A stretch of DNA of 58,537 nucleotides, the filler included, from Sphacelaria rigidula (taxonomy: Eukaryota): NCBI GenBank assembly GCA_964200075.2. It is 7 parts of 7 records of this genome, joined end to end, with 100 filler letters (N's around TTAATTAATTAA, not from the genome) between each part and the next. Parts side by side here need not be neighbours in the genome. Positions count along the whole stretch, not along the records: positions 1 to 8,277 come from CAXNAA020011680.1; positions 8,378 to 16,654 come from CAXNAA020011681.1; 5 more parts are not named here. One strand, given 5' to 3'. How positions within the stretch are numbered: position 1 is the stretch's first letter; the number at the start of each line of letters is the position of its first letter. The notes below the pieces were generated by a model, which saw only the letters and a list, made by a program, of their open reading frames with translations, searched no databases and was not told where the DNA came from. Both the position numbers and the translations under genes were made by a program. This document shows positions 1-12,268 of the stretch, piece by piece.

Positions 1-209
1 ATGGTGAGACACCCATGAGGCAGTGTATGAGTCGTGGCTGTCTCTGGAAGTGGCGATAGCAGAAAATAAACCAACTCATGCGAGGCTGTCATCCAAATGC
101 AAGAAAATCAGTAGGCTTCGGGTTGAACAATCTTAGCAGGATGCAGCAGCTCATCCTTCATGCGAGTAGCCGAACACACCACGGCGCTTCCGCTTGGTGG
201 TTGAGTGGG

Positions 210-318
210 AGCCTGGCCCGGCGAAAACCCGGCGTGCTCCGTCCCGGCTTTGTAGGGATGCGAGGTCAATGGTCTTCTGACTATGGCGTGCATGATCATG
301 AGTAAACCCCCCCCCCCT
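210..318 (+). repeat. Dispersed repeat, probable retroposon 3' end with C-rich tail
   Basis: CGAAAACCCGGCGTGCTCCGTCCCGGC...GAGGTCAA...GATCATGAGTAAACCCCCC is homologous to the reverse complement of about 28672-28775 on another contig. Confidence 0.65.
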
Positions 319-1136
319 CTCTCTCTCTGAGTGTCTTCTCTTCTCTTACTTCCCTACGGCGGTCTCTTTTAGTTCTTTGTTCGCTTTGATGCCGTAGCAG
401 TATGTGTCGCCCCTGCAGAGCTCGTGGGTGAGAGTTGATGTCACACATAGTCCGGTTACCGCATGGTGGCTGGGCCGCGACCTGCTTTCACGGCATCCTT
501 CTTTTTTGTTTTGTTTTTTGTTTCGTCTTATTTGCTTGTTCGTTTGTTTTTATTCCATGAACGTGAACCGTTTCAAACCATTCGGTAAGGGTCGGCCACG
601 TGTTATTTTATCGTCATCGTTATCGTTATCATTGTCATTATCATTATCATCACCACCACCACTTGTTTTAGTTCTCATGGACATCGGTGTCAGATCTATC
701 TTGAACAACGCCAATCTAGATCGTGGCCTTTATTTGAGATCTTGGGCGACTTTCTAGATGCAACAGTGGCTCGAATGACGGATTGTACAGCCGAAGCATA
801 TCTAACAAAGGTTGATGTTCGCACTCGTGGGGACAGTATGCCGTGTTTATACTGAAGATAGCACCCCCACCTTTCAACTACGACCCACAATACCCGCCGT
901 GGAATTTGTGACTACGGAGCGCAACACGTCCCCCAATAAGACCATCCCGAATCCCATAGGGATCCGTACCTTGTATGCTGAGGATAGGATCCCCAGGAAA
1001 TTCGTAACGTTAGCGATAGACATTTGCCCTGGGGAGATGTGACTTTGGAGTATAACAGTTCCCCTGGAACATCACACGCCAGACTCGTACATTCTAGTGT
1101 TACGGGCTGCTTAAGGACGCACGTATTTTTTTTCTT

Positions 1137-1408
1137 GATTTCTCACGCGGGTTTTCCGAGTTAGACCCTGAGATTTTGCACACGTGTACTATCGGATATT
1201 GCGAAACTTTTCATGTATGTCTCTCTGTTTTGACACATATCCGTGGTCCCCGGGGTCCCGGCGGTCATCTGGTCTCACATGGTATCGTGGGACCCCGCAT
1301 ATCTGGCGAAATAATCGAAACTGTTCATGGAAAGTTTCGCAACATCCCGTAGTACATGAGTTCAAAACCAGTCTCAGGGTCAAACTCCAAAACCTCGCGT
1401 GAGAAATC
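1137..1408. mobile_element. Foldback/MITE-like element with long imperfect inverted arms
   Basis: GATTTCTCACGCG...GAGTTAGACCCTGAGA...GCGAAACTTTTCATG pairs with CATGGAAAGTTTCGC...TCTCAGGGTCAAACTC...CGCGTGAGAAATC. Confidence 0.7.
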
Positions 1409-2339
1409 GCCCTAATATGGGGTCAAATGTAAAACAAATAGCTCAACTACCTAATCACTTGATTGTAGTGTGGAGCCAACCTTTTCCTTGTGCATTCAGG
1501 CTTTGCATCAACCGTCTGGGATAAGTTTCTGGAGTTACACGACTAAACTTTGTTCAAACGTTCCCTGGACTACCTCAGGAGGGGTGAAGTCTTCATGTTT
1601 TACCCTATGGTGTTCTGTACTGTCTCCTCGGGGTCTTCGTGCTGGGGCCCCTGGATAAACTTCGGAATATTCAACATTCTTGTTTGTTCATTCGGACCAC
1701 TCATATCTATCAACCTGCCAAGTGTGAGGATGATCGCCGCTTTTTTACCACGGGTGTAAGAAAGCGTATATGATTCAGAGCTCCACACTTGGGCCAAGTG
1801 GCGTTACGAGGCTTTCTGGGTCCTTGATGCATGTTATCAGTGGAAATCCGACGACGCCAAAACTCGACATGGCCGGAATACCACGGTTTCAGGTATAACT
1901 CGATCCCGTATAAACCGTTTTCAACTGTGTTCTTGCGTCAGATTCCCTAGCTGACGGCGGTTTCTAAGGTTTCACACGTCGGACGGACCAGCTCGTGACA
2001 GATCTGGGTCAGCTCATTTGGAGTATAGATCACGATCTGTCCGCGGTGTGCTTTCACCCGTGCACGTTTGTCCGATGCTGATCCATGGGACCCACTTGAC
2101 CCGTACGAATTTGCCGAGCGACGAGCTGTACGACCCGCTTGACACACCCACTTCCGTGTACAACTGATCTGCAAAACTGTCATCTGTACAACATCACATA
2201 ATTGTCTTTTGTATCACTCGGGTCAGGCTAGCGCAGCGGCTTGCCGTCGACCCGCGCGATTTGAATCTCATGCATACCAAAAGCTACCCCTTACCTGTGG
2301 AATACGAATCTAGAAGACAAGAAACACTTCCCCGCACCC

Positions 2340-2900
2340 GTAAGATCCGGATCAAGTATTCAAGAAAGCAGGATTCAGTTCCCTCATCTGTTAACCTGTA
2401 CGGCCCGGGTAAAAAATCATTTTCATAAGTCCGGACGTTGCCCGTAGCAATCCGGGCACATGGAACATGAAGTACGCATATTTTATTCCGAGTGGTTCCA
2501 CGGTGGGGGTGCATATTGTTTCCGACGATGTTCACTGTCGGCGCATCCGAATGAAGTATACAATAAACAGTATTAAGCGTTCTTCATCTGTTAATCTGGC
2601 CCTGGTACAATTTGCATGTTCACAAGTTCGTATGTTGTCTGTAGCAACCCGGGCACATGGAACATGAAGTACGTATATTTTATCCCGAGTGGTTCCAAGG
2701 TAGGGCTGCATACTTTTCCCGAAGATGTGCACTGTCGGCGCATCCGAATGAAGTATACAAGAAACAGTAGCGTATATACAAGAAACAATGTTCAGTGTTC
2801 CTCACCTGCCAACCCGTATGGCCCTGGTACAATGTGCATGTTCACAAGTCCGTATGTTGGCTGTCGACTATAGCAGCTACACGAAGTACGTATATTTCGG
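2340..2900. repeat. Tandem repeat, unit about 198 bp, about 2.5 copies
   Basis: GTAGCAA(T/C)CCGGGCACATGGAACATGAAGTACG at about 2443 and 2641; CACTGTCGGCGCATCCGAATGAAGTATACAA occurs twice; partial third copy. Confidence 0.8.
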
Positions 2901-3944
2901 CAGTATGGGCGGCTGTTTTCGTACATCCTTGTTGAGGGTGTACGCTCATGCGCGGCGAGAAAATCGAGAAACAAGATGCAGCTATGTGCTCGATTGACTC
3001 ATCATGACGTTGTTCGGCCAGCGTCGGACGAAGAATTCCGGAGAAAAGTCATCGACGTGTACATTGCCGGCTTTGAAGCACGGATATCTCCCGCAAGCCT
3101 GCTCGACGATCAGCCGTATGACCTTTACGATCTGAAATTGATTTGTATCTGAATGACCCGTTTAATCTATGGCGTGATGACTGCTGTGTATGACTCGTGT
3201 GATTCGTATATGTCTGTCTGATGATGATCTGTATGACCCGAGTATCCGTACAAACCTGCCACGAGTGATTTGTATACTCTGTTCATCTGTACGTTACCTT
3301 CTTGGGCACACCTATGTCATCCGAATCAGGTGTGTACGAAACGTCAAGAACCACCTGTGTATCCTTATAACCCGTACAAGATACCTCCCTCCTGATCGAT
3401 GATATCCGGAGCACGAGGACCGCTCCATAACCAGTTGCCATGTATCATTCGAGTCGGGTACACAGGCGTCTTCACACTCGAGCTGTATGACCTGCATCCA
3501 GTAAAAAATGATCCGTCCGACGTGCGTAAGGTTTGATTCATGATGAGATTGGTTGGAATTTGTGTCGGGACTTCGCATTTCAAAATATGAAACAATTTCA
3601 AGGCTCCTGATTGGTCAAGAAATGTTTTGACTACTAGTGCCACAGCAATGAGCGCAAGACTCTTCCTGGCTATTTCACACTGTTTTCGTGCTCGTGGGGG
3701 TTACTATGATACTAGACATGGTTCTATTGGGTCAGTTTTGCGTTCTTCATCTACTAATAGTGAGGTATAACGTTTGGGCGTTCACCTTGAATCAGGCTGT
3801 ATACAGCAAGAAGAACCGACCGAAACATTTGAAAACTGGGGGTGTGGCACAATATATTTATTATATGTAAATTGTCCTCTCCGAACAACATGGTCGTCGC
3901 CATGCGGTATAACACAAGTTGCTGGGGCAATGTGGGCGCCCCGT

Positions 3945-4218
3945 GCGTGCGTGTGTGTGTGTGTGTGTGTGTGTTGTCATCCCATCTATTCTAGACGCCA
4001 GTCTACACCTTTTGGTGTATGTGGGCGCACCAGCCGGAGTCACACAAGAGGAAGGCTAACACAGGAGTTTGTTTTTTTGTATTTATTTAGTTCTTCACCT
4101 TCGTTCTGCGGTGCTTGCCTCGTGTTTTTTATGGAGAGTGGGGTTCAGCACTCCTTTTCACTCGTCGGTCGTGAAGTCGGATTTTGTGTACCCACGACAT
4201 AGTCGCTCTCCACTGTGG
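3945..4218 (-). mobile_element. 5'-truncated SINE copy with (CA)n tail
   Basis: (GT)n followed by CCCATCTATTCTAGACGCC...GTGGGCGCACCAGC...TTCTGCGGTGCTTGCC...TCGCTCTCCACTG, collinear with 29455-29765. Confidence 0.75.
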
Positions 4219-4270
4219 GGCATTGTGTGTGCGTTCCAAAATATGTTGTTTGGGCAATACGATCACCCCC

Positions 4271-4392
4271 CAATCGTTTCAATGTGTATCGGCCATTCAA
4301 TCCATCCTTCCCAATCGTTCACTATGTATCGGTCATTCCATTCATCCTTTCCGATCGTTTCATTGTGTATCGGGCATTCAATCCATTCTTCG
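4271..4392. repeat. Minisatellite, about 40 bp x3
   Basis: Unit resembling CAATCGTTTCAATGTGTATCGGCCATTCAATCCATCCTTC repeated three times. Confidence 0.8.
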
Positions 4393-7132
4393 CAACACGT
4401 GCTCATATGCGTGGTGAAAATACGCGTCTGGAAGCCTCTCCAAGCTTTCGTACCTCTAGCTTTCCCCAGCCTTTTAGGATGGATGCGCACTCTGTTTTTC
4501 ACGTTTTCCTCGTCGTACTCGCTACTCGACCCCCACCCCCACTCTCGTGTCGAGTCCGTGTTCTCCGCGGATCAGGCTTGAAAAACATACGGGATCACGG
4601 GCAGACCGGAATAGACGATCCAAGATGCCCCCATTTTTCTTCACCAAAGTGACGGCAGATACCGCAGTCTATCCGTAAATGCAAACGACCTACGTATTCA
4701 CCTACTGTTCAACGATTTGGAACTGCACAATAGGGCTGATTGGAAAAACTCGGAATTCTTCTGCCGTACATACTCCCTTCAGTCCGGTACGTTTGTATCC
4801 GTCATGCTCTGCCATCAAAGCGGTGGGTGTACAGTATCGCACGTCGTACCGCGTGGTGAAACGGACTAGTAACCGCGTTGCGTACGATGTATCTTGTGTC
4901 GTACGGCAGTGCGTATCGCCTACGAGTACCCGATGTCGGACCATCTCGCGTGCATTAATCAAGATATAGAAAACACGCACTACATTGGTGTGATTTATCC
5001 CTCCATGACCGATTTTTACATATTGTTTCGTTCGTTTAGTCAGGAGTGGGGCGTGCGATCGGGCGACCCCGCCCTGCAGGTTCGCTCCTTCACCTGCCTC
5101 GACTCTTTTCATCTCGTCTGCCTCACTACCACCACTTGGTCAACAACGTTGATATCCCTTTCTTGCCATATTTTGTGGGCCGCGTCGCTCGGTGTGTATG
5201 TTTGATTTTCGTTGCCTGAACACTTGCATAACTAACCACCAGGAGTCAGGTGTCGCGACGAGGCACACGGTGCAGCTCGTTGTGATGGGGGAGAGGCGCA
5301 ACACGCACCGACAGGACATGCCGGCAACACCGGACACGATTATCCCGGCTTCACATCCAGGTTCGAGCGGAGGCGGCGCTTGTGATACGCAAATATTCGA
5401 TTGGGCAAGAAAATAATCTGATGCCGTTCATGACGGGAGACGGCACCCCTGTCTTGGTCAAGATTGTTTCGACACGTCAACTTTGTCGAGGGCACGGTGC
5501 CAGTGAAACCGAAGTGGGCGTCATTGGGAAGATACAGCATCGTCGGGAAGACCAAACTCGTGACCCCGGGGTTTGTGCGGAAAGGCATTATCCCTTTCGA
5601 CGTGGAATTTGCTCGTATCACCCTTCACGTCATTTCTCTGTTCGTACAAGAGGACGCTTGTTCACGAAATGTTTCTCCCTTGCGATCAATCCGTTGTTTT
5701 CAATTCCTCTCGTGTTTGTTTGCTCCCGCCTGCTTTGCTATCGTTAACCATCTGCTGCATTGACCCTACCCTACCCCGAAAATGGCTCCCGGCGTCATCC
5801 ACTACCAACCACGATACCGCTTCAGCAGCCCCCTCGAAGCATCGGCCAGAACTCGTCGGCTCAGATCGCGGTCGCGAAGCCAAGCGTGCACGCGTGTTTG
5901 AGGGTTTTGCTCGCATGACCCTGGAAGCTGTGAAGAGCGTGATCCCGCGGTGAGAATGGTAGAAAGAAATCAAGTATCGTGGCACCGCTGTGTTTTTTTT
6001 TTATCTCGTCATGGTTGTGTGAAGCTGGCTGCGCTGTCAGGTGTTTCCTCCTTCAATGGAGAAGCACAGTGTCGAGGGTGGGCACATGTATGACTAGGAC
6101 TTCTGCAGGTCGTGCCTTCCGAAAGTGCCGTACCCACATGGCTTACTGCAACGTTTGAACGGAACGGTCAGAATAGCCAGGCAATAAGCTGCAGCCATAG
6201 AGTATCATAGCACGCCAAACACTGTGCTGTGTTCACACGCACTCTGTCTCGTGTCGCCCGTTGTCTATACATGGGCGTCAGCCAGCACGTGCCACCCATG
6301 TGACACGCGCACCTAACTCCGTACCTCTACACAGCAGCACACCCTTGGAGGGTGGTTTTCCTAGTTTCTATAGCAGAAGAGAGCTGGACAGGGGCGACGC
6401 GTCCATGCCAGCATTGCGCTTGGGTGTATACGCAGACATGTGTTGTGGATCGGTGAATATCAAATACGGAGTGCGTATCCTGTCCTTTTTATCATTAGAG
6501 TAATATCTCTCCGCTGGATACAAAAGTCAGTATATTCGCGTCCTCTTTTTTCATGCTTTATCCAGATCAATAATGGTCCTTCGCGGAACAGTATTATTAA
6601 CACGCCTTGACTATGGAATTGGACTGCGCTTCGACTACGGAATCGGATTGGGTTGCCGTCAAACATGGAGCTACAGCTATATGTACAGTCGCTCTTACGG
6701 CTTGCGGCGCTTGCACTACACTACAACAGTATTCGTATGTACGGTCGCTCTTGTGGCTTGCATCGCTTGGGGCGGTAGCGACTCTCACGACAAGCACAAG
6801 AACGGTGATCGGTCATCACAATCGGTGATCGATGATATACTCTTGCACTACACTACAACGGTAGTTCGTATCTGCAGTGGCTGTTGTGGCTTGTGGCATC
6901 ACTTCTCACGAAGCCGGTTGGCGTGTTCTGCTTGCCTCTCTCAACAATTACAACACCACATGGATTGTAAAAAGCACCAGGTATATGTGCTCACCACACG
7001 GATTATAAAAGAGCACCGTGCATGGCAGTACTTCACTGCTCAGCGGGCGATCGCTGTCGTCAGCGTGGTACACGGCGACAGTACTGGATGTTCAAACTCT
7101 ATACTGTGCACTGTACATGAATTCAATATTAA

Positions 7133-7250
7133 CCCATTTGGAACCCATTAACGATTTCTGTTTTTGTGAATCGGCATCATTTTCAGTCATTTTTGAACCA
7201 AGATGATGCCGATTCACAAAAACAAGAGTCGTCAGCGGGTTCCAAAAGGG
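7133..7250. mobile_element. piggyBac-like MITE (118 bp hairpin)
   Basis: TTAA|CCCATTTGGAACCC...TTTTTGTGAATCGGCATCA...TGATGCCGATTCACAAAAAC...GGGTTCCAAAAGGG|TTGA: CCC/GGG termini with a near-TTAA target duplication. Confidence 0.7.
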
Positions 7251-8277
7251 TTGAACGGCACTGCAACTTGGAGCTTTGTTTTTGAAATCTTTTCAAAAAT
7301 GCAGTTCTAAATCAAGTCCAAGTGGTGAACTTCACCGCACGAGCACCCGTCTTCCGTAGATGTTGTGCCCCTCAAAAGACGGACACGGCTCACGAAGAGA
7401 TAAACGTTGACGCTTGTGTCCCCAGTTGTGCAGTGAACCCAAGGTCGACGGCGTGGCGTCTGCTGGAACAGACAACACTTCATGAAAATTGCATTATGCG
7501 CTTCTGTTTGTTGGTTCTGTTGAGTGCAGCTGTTCGCGGCGAGGTTCCGAGAACCGTGAGTGTGTCGAGAGGCCTGGATCGGATTAACTTTTGTACGTGT
7601 GTCCATCCATCATGTATGCTGCACTCTGACGAATTACAAAGAGAAAACGCTGGCGCTTGTGTACTCGGCGACACAGAAGCCACGGTCAAGGGCGTGGCTT
7701 GTATCAGGACAGACATTATCATGGCGACTGTAATATGCGGTTTTCTTTGTTGCAATTGTGCTGTGGATGTCTCTGGGTATTTGCTCGGCTTAGTTTGTGA
7801 AGGTGTAACGTCGTCCATTCATCTGATTCAGTCACGCAGTGAATACATCTGTAACAACTGTACTACACATCACGACACACCGTCATCGACTGCATCCAAA
7901 CGCCTTACCGACTGTTCGCCAGCACGCCATGTCCACCGACTCCTCGCATTGATGCTCACCGACAGCTTACACCGTACCGTCCCAAACCCAGCGCTTTTCT
8001 TTGCCATGAAGGGTGGTGTTGAGCAAACACTGGGTTAGAGATGCGTCCTCTCATACGTTATCTGAAATCTGAAATTCGCCGCAAGCAAGCGTCGCCTTGC
8101 GGTACAGTATACACATTTCACGACCTGGTATCGTGTGTGGCTCTCAAAGCCGTGAACGTGGCAAACTTTACGACATTTTTTACGATACCCCCCCCCCCCC
8201 CCCCCCAACCACCCCAACCGGGGAGGAAAAAAAAAACAAACAGTCAAGAAGCGACAAGAAACAGACGGAAAAACAGC

Positions 8278-8377
8278 NNNNNNNNNNNNNNNNNNNNNNN
8301 NNNNNNNNNNNNNNNNNNNNNTTAATTAATTAANNNNNNNNNNNNNNNNNNNNNNNNNNNNNNNNNNNNNNNNNNNN
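8278..8377. other. Artificial contig linker (N44-TTAATTAATTAA-N44)
   Basis: 100-bp spacer with a six-frame stop cassette; identical copies occur at five other positions. Confidence 0.98.
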
Positions 8378-8759
8378 AATCGTGAATTTGGTGATTTTGA
8401 GTCGTGATGATTTGTCCTAACCGTGGAATGATTGATACCACCACAGGTACCAGGGACAATCGAGAAATCATTCTAGCTTCTTTCAAGTGTCGCTACTTTC
8501 CTCAATGAAAAAAGTATTCGCCAAGCAAAGGCGTGTGGAAGCCCGTCTGAACATCTCGTCGTGCTTCCAAGCCTTCAATGTGTTGTGTCACGTTTGTCTG
8601 TATGTTGGCGTACAGAGTTTGGCGCGCAACGTTGTGTCCACGTGCGCGGTTCGTTGTAGTGCATATTTAGTACTTTGACTATGGACGTCGTGCTCTGAAT
8701 GACCAATTGACTACCGCTAAGCGCTTGCCGCATCCTTCCCATTCTCTCGCTCGCAAAAG

Positions 8760-11618
8760 AGGCGACTCGAGGTTAAAGCGTCGTCCATTCCCACAGCGGG
8801 TCAGGGCCTCTTTGCGACGGAACCCGTGGCATCCGGAGAGGTCATATGCGAGTACACTGGACGGCATCTACGGACACGAGAGGCGATTAGGCAAGAAGCT
8901 AAAAGACACTAACCACCTACCTCCTAACGCAGCCGTGTAAAATCGTCGCGTTGTCATATTTCTTTTTTGTAGAGAGTACGGGTATATAAAAGCAAAGAAG
9001 AAACAGTACCGCACAGTGCAACAAAAGCATACCCGCGAGTTGGCGGTGTCCATGAAGAAGCGGTTGTCAGAAGTACACCATGCTCCCACACAAGACTGAC
9101 CACCGCGGGCGCTGTGTCGGTGCTTTGATTGTAGAGATTGCGTTCGTGAACAAACAAGTAAAATATAGTCCTGGGTATGATGCGTCTCTCGTGCGGGACC
9201 AGACAGCTACTTTATCCGCACCCTCGGACACGTCAAGAATATGCTCTCCAACGTCGCGACATTTCCCCAGTCTGAGGAGGGGAAAATGCAACAAGTGACG
9301 TGTTGAAAGCACCGATCTGATGACCGTTTCAACGTTGGACCAGTGTGCGTAAACGATCTCACGGCAACCTCATCCTTCACTCCAAAGCATGACGGGCATG
9401 TCGAACAGATGGTGAACGATAATAGCATGGCCGATACGAAAATCGTCAATCCATCGTCCATCCGCTAAGGCTACATGGGGTAGTCCTCACCCCCCCAAAA
9501 GTGGATTGAGTATCGAAGAAGCAACGCTTGTGTAGCACGTTGGTGCTGTACACGACCGTCCCATCGGAAGGCCTTCATGACGCAAGAGGGCGAACTGGAC
9601 CCTAGCCACCTGACCCATCTCGTGAACCCCTTCGCTGGGGATTGCTCACATTCTTCCGTGGTTTGCCCTGATCTGTTTCGCCTTCACGGTAACAGGTTGT
9701 CGGACAAGACCTACCTCATGCGCCTAGGCCCACAGGTGAGGATTTATTGGGCATACAAACGGGGATAACCGCCTTTTCCTTGAACAAGAGGAACCTAGAC
9801 GATTACCAGAGGAGAGCAAAGATGAACGCACGTGTAGCTTGTACTGTGATCTGGTGGGACTGCGACTGCATTGAGTAGCGATGTTCACCCCTAAGGTAGA
9901 AGAACCGAAAAAGGTTTACAGCTGGGTTTTTTGTGCGTCGTGCTATCTTTTTGGTGACTCATACACACATGGCGACGCTCGTCACTTGACTGGCGGCTGC
10001 TTGCAAGCTTGTTGTGCAATGCAAGGACCCGCACAGGGGGAACATTGATGCAAGTAATACATCTGCACAAGGACGGAACACATTGCGGAAAGAATATCAA
10101 GATGGAACAAAACGTCGTCGCCGCTCTTGATGGAATACCCATCTTTTCTAGTCTGTCATTTTTCTTCTGTGCAAAGCGCAATTCGATGACATAGGGATAA
10201 CTATTTCCAACAGAGGGCTCTGAGATCAGTCAAAGAACTGCCTCGTTGCCAGCTTAGGGTTATTGGTTCAATCCTCCATCTTTACACATGACACTCCATT
10301 ACGTCAGAAACCCCCTCCTCCTTGCCCACTTCAATCACAACCAGAGCTATGTGGACGCACTGGATGACTGGGGAGTGTTGGCAAGGTGCGGAGCAGTCGA
10401 TCGCACCGGGGCCTGTTTGTTGCCGGGAGCGGAGTATGCGCTGACCTGCCCGGTATTTGTTGTCTTGCGTCTGGTATTGCGGCGCAGATACTTGTGTACA
10501 AGGTGTAACCGCATTTTCTTGTCTTAGCATATGTGCTAAGAGCTTTGCAAGTGCGTGATTCTTAGAGGGTGCTGAACGGCAGATTTTGCAGAATTCCTGT
10601 GAGAGTACTCCCAGCAACAAAATGCAAGTGTTCCCCGCCGGCATTCCAACACTGTCCTGCACATGATGCCTCCACACGATGCCGACTCACAGGCAAGAAT
10701 GGACGCGAACGAAAATCTCACTCGAAGCCGTGCATGACTTTTCGCGTCAAGTTCATGCTGAGCATTGACGGTGCGATCGACCGTCGTTCTTGATGAACAG
10801 AAGAACATGTTTGCTCACTCATGACTGCATCGTCCATAAAACTACCTGCCCTACAGATACATTAACGATTGCCGGAATGCGTCATTGTACAATGTGAGGT
10901 TCGAGAAGCTTCCTCTCGAAGGGAAGGCGCTCGTGGTGGCGCTGAAGAATATTGAACCAGGACAGGAGATTTTTGTGGATTATGGCAGGTATTCCAAGTG
11001 TACCTGTGGTCAATCATAGTGTGAGGTATCCTTTGTTAGTATGGGTACGGGTTGGCAATTCAGGCTAGGGATCTTGCTTCAGTAGGAGGTGAAGTCTTAG
11101 TACTCCGAACCGCATGCACCACTTTATTCGAACCACTGGAAATTTGTTGTGTTCACGGCTTATGCTTCCTGTTTCCCCTTTCGCGCGAAATAAAGTTCTC
11201 GAAATGCGTTACGCTATCATCTCGGTGTTATTTCTACAGTCGCGGTCCTCCTTTGGGTCTCGCCAAGCCGTGGTTGTTGACATAAAATGACACCACTATG
11301 CCGATACATCGCACGTCGAAGGAAGGTACCCGGGTAGGATTTTAGCCCTGTAAGCGTTGCTGGTACTGTAAATACTTAAGGTTTGTGCTCCATCCTTTGA
11401 CGGAACACTGCTGTTGCACTTGTATCGTAGGCAGGGCTTATCCTCAAGCAAGATCCGCAAGTGCCGCGTGGAAAAAGGAATCTCACTAGCTCCCTACCCT
11501 CTCTTGCTCTTGCACCGCCCTGCGACTCGTCAGGTGGTATTGGCTATCTCTGACGCCTGCGTCACTCGGTGATGACGGTTCACCGCTGGAACCCAGCCCC
11601 CCCCGGGGCGTAGGATAG
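8760..11618 (+). CDS. SET-domain protein (putative lysine methyltransferase), spliced; 5' end/start codon uncertain
   Basis: Exons 8760-8890, 9696-9735, 10345-10385, 10857-10988, 11534-11618 join in frame (429 nt): RRLEVKASSIPTAGQGLFATEPVASGEVICEYTG...LARYINDCRN...ALVVALKNIEPGQEIFVDYGRWYW...*. Has the SET motifs GxGLFA, EYxG, RyIN and GxEixxDYG. First intron is GC-AG. Confidence 0.9.
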
Positions 11619-12198
11619 CTTCCAGCATCGCTTCGATGTCGATCTTCGAAGATAACTCAAAGCAAGAGCGTATTCCGGTTTTTGGCGCACCATATAGATG
11701 ATCGATGTACTCCTCGTGGTTTTGTATACAAGTGTGAGATTCGCTCATGTATGTGCTCACTCGATTTGCTTTGTAGCGGGAAAAGCTGCCACGTGTACCC
11801 ATAGACGTCCAGTTCATTTGATACAAATGCTTCGGAGCTGAGAGTATTGGCATACCTATTTTGTCCGTCGATCGGAGGTGCCTGACAACGAGTGCATAGA
11901 GACTGCCCCCCCCCACCGTGAAAGGTGTTGCCTTCTGATTTTGTACCCGTTACTGTTTGGACTTTTTCCCTCCCGACTGCTCATTGGAGCGTACGAGCGT
12001 ACCCGGTGGCCAAATATGGATTGTCTAGAGTGCCTTGAATGGTTGTTGTTTCTTGTCTGGATCAATAGCGATGGACGACAACTTTGTACGACTTGGTGTG
12101 CATCGATGCAGATTCGTTCGCCTTGCAGAGACCAAGCATAAACTGACCTCGGTACCTGCAGTACTGTCTTATCTGTGTGTATTACCAATACGTCTATC

Positions 12199-12268
12199 AT
12201 GAGACCACGGCTGGATCACTGGGGGATCAGTTCAAGTGCGACAAGCGATCAATCGATCAGTCAACCAA
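12199..12268 (+). repeat. Retroposon 3' end with (ATCA)n-like tail
   Basis: GAGACCACGGCTGGATC..GGGGGATCAGTTCAAGTGCGACAA..ATCAATC; reverse-strand homologues at about 31303-31400 and 43312-43405. Confidence 0.7.

Noticed and set aside
5340..5953. GC-rich overlapping ORFs with a possible donor at about 5950
   Set aside because: Could be exonic, but I could not build a consistent spliced frame or recognise a domain.
7322..8038. Longest ORF in the track (238 aa)
   Set aside because: Non-ATG start, no recognisable motif, composition like random non-coding translation.
8041..8333. ORFs running into X-runs or ending in LIN (also at the other spacers)
   Set aside because: Artefacts of the synthetic linker.
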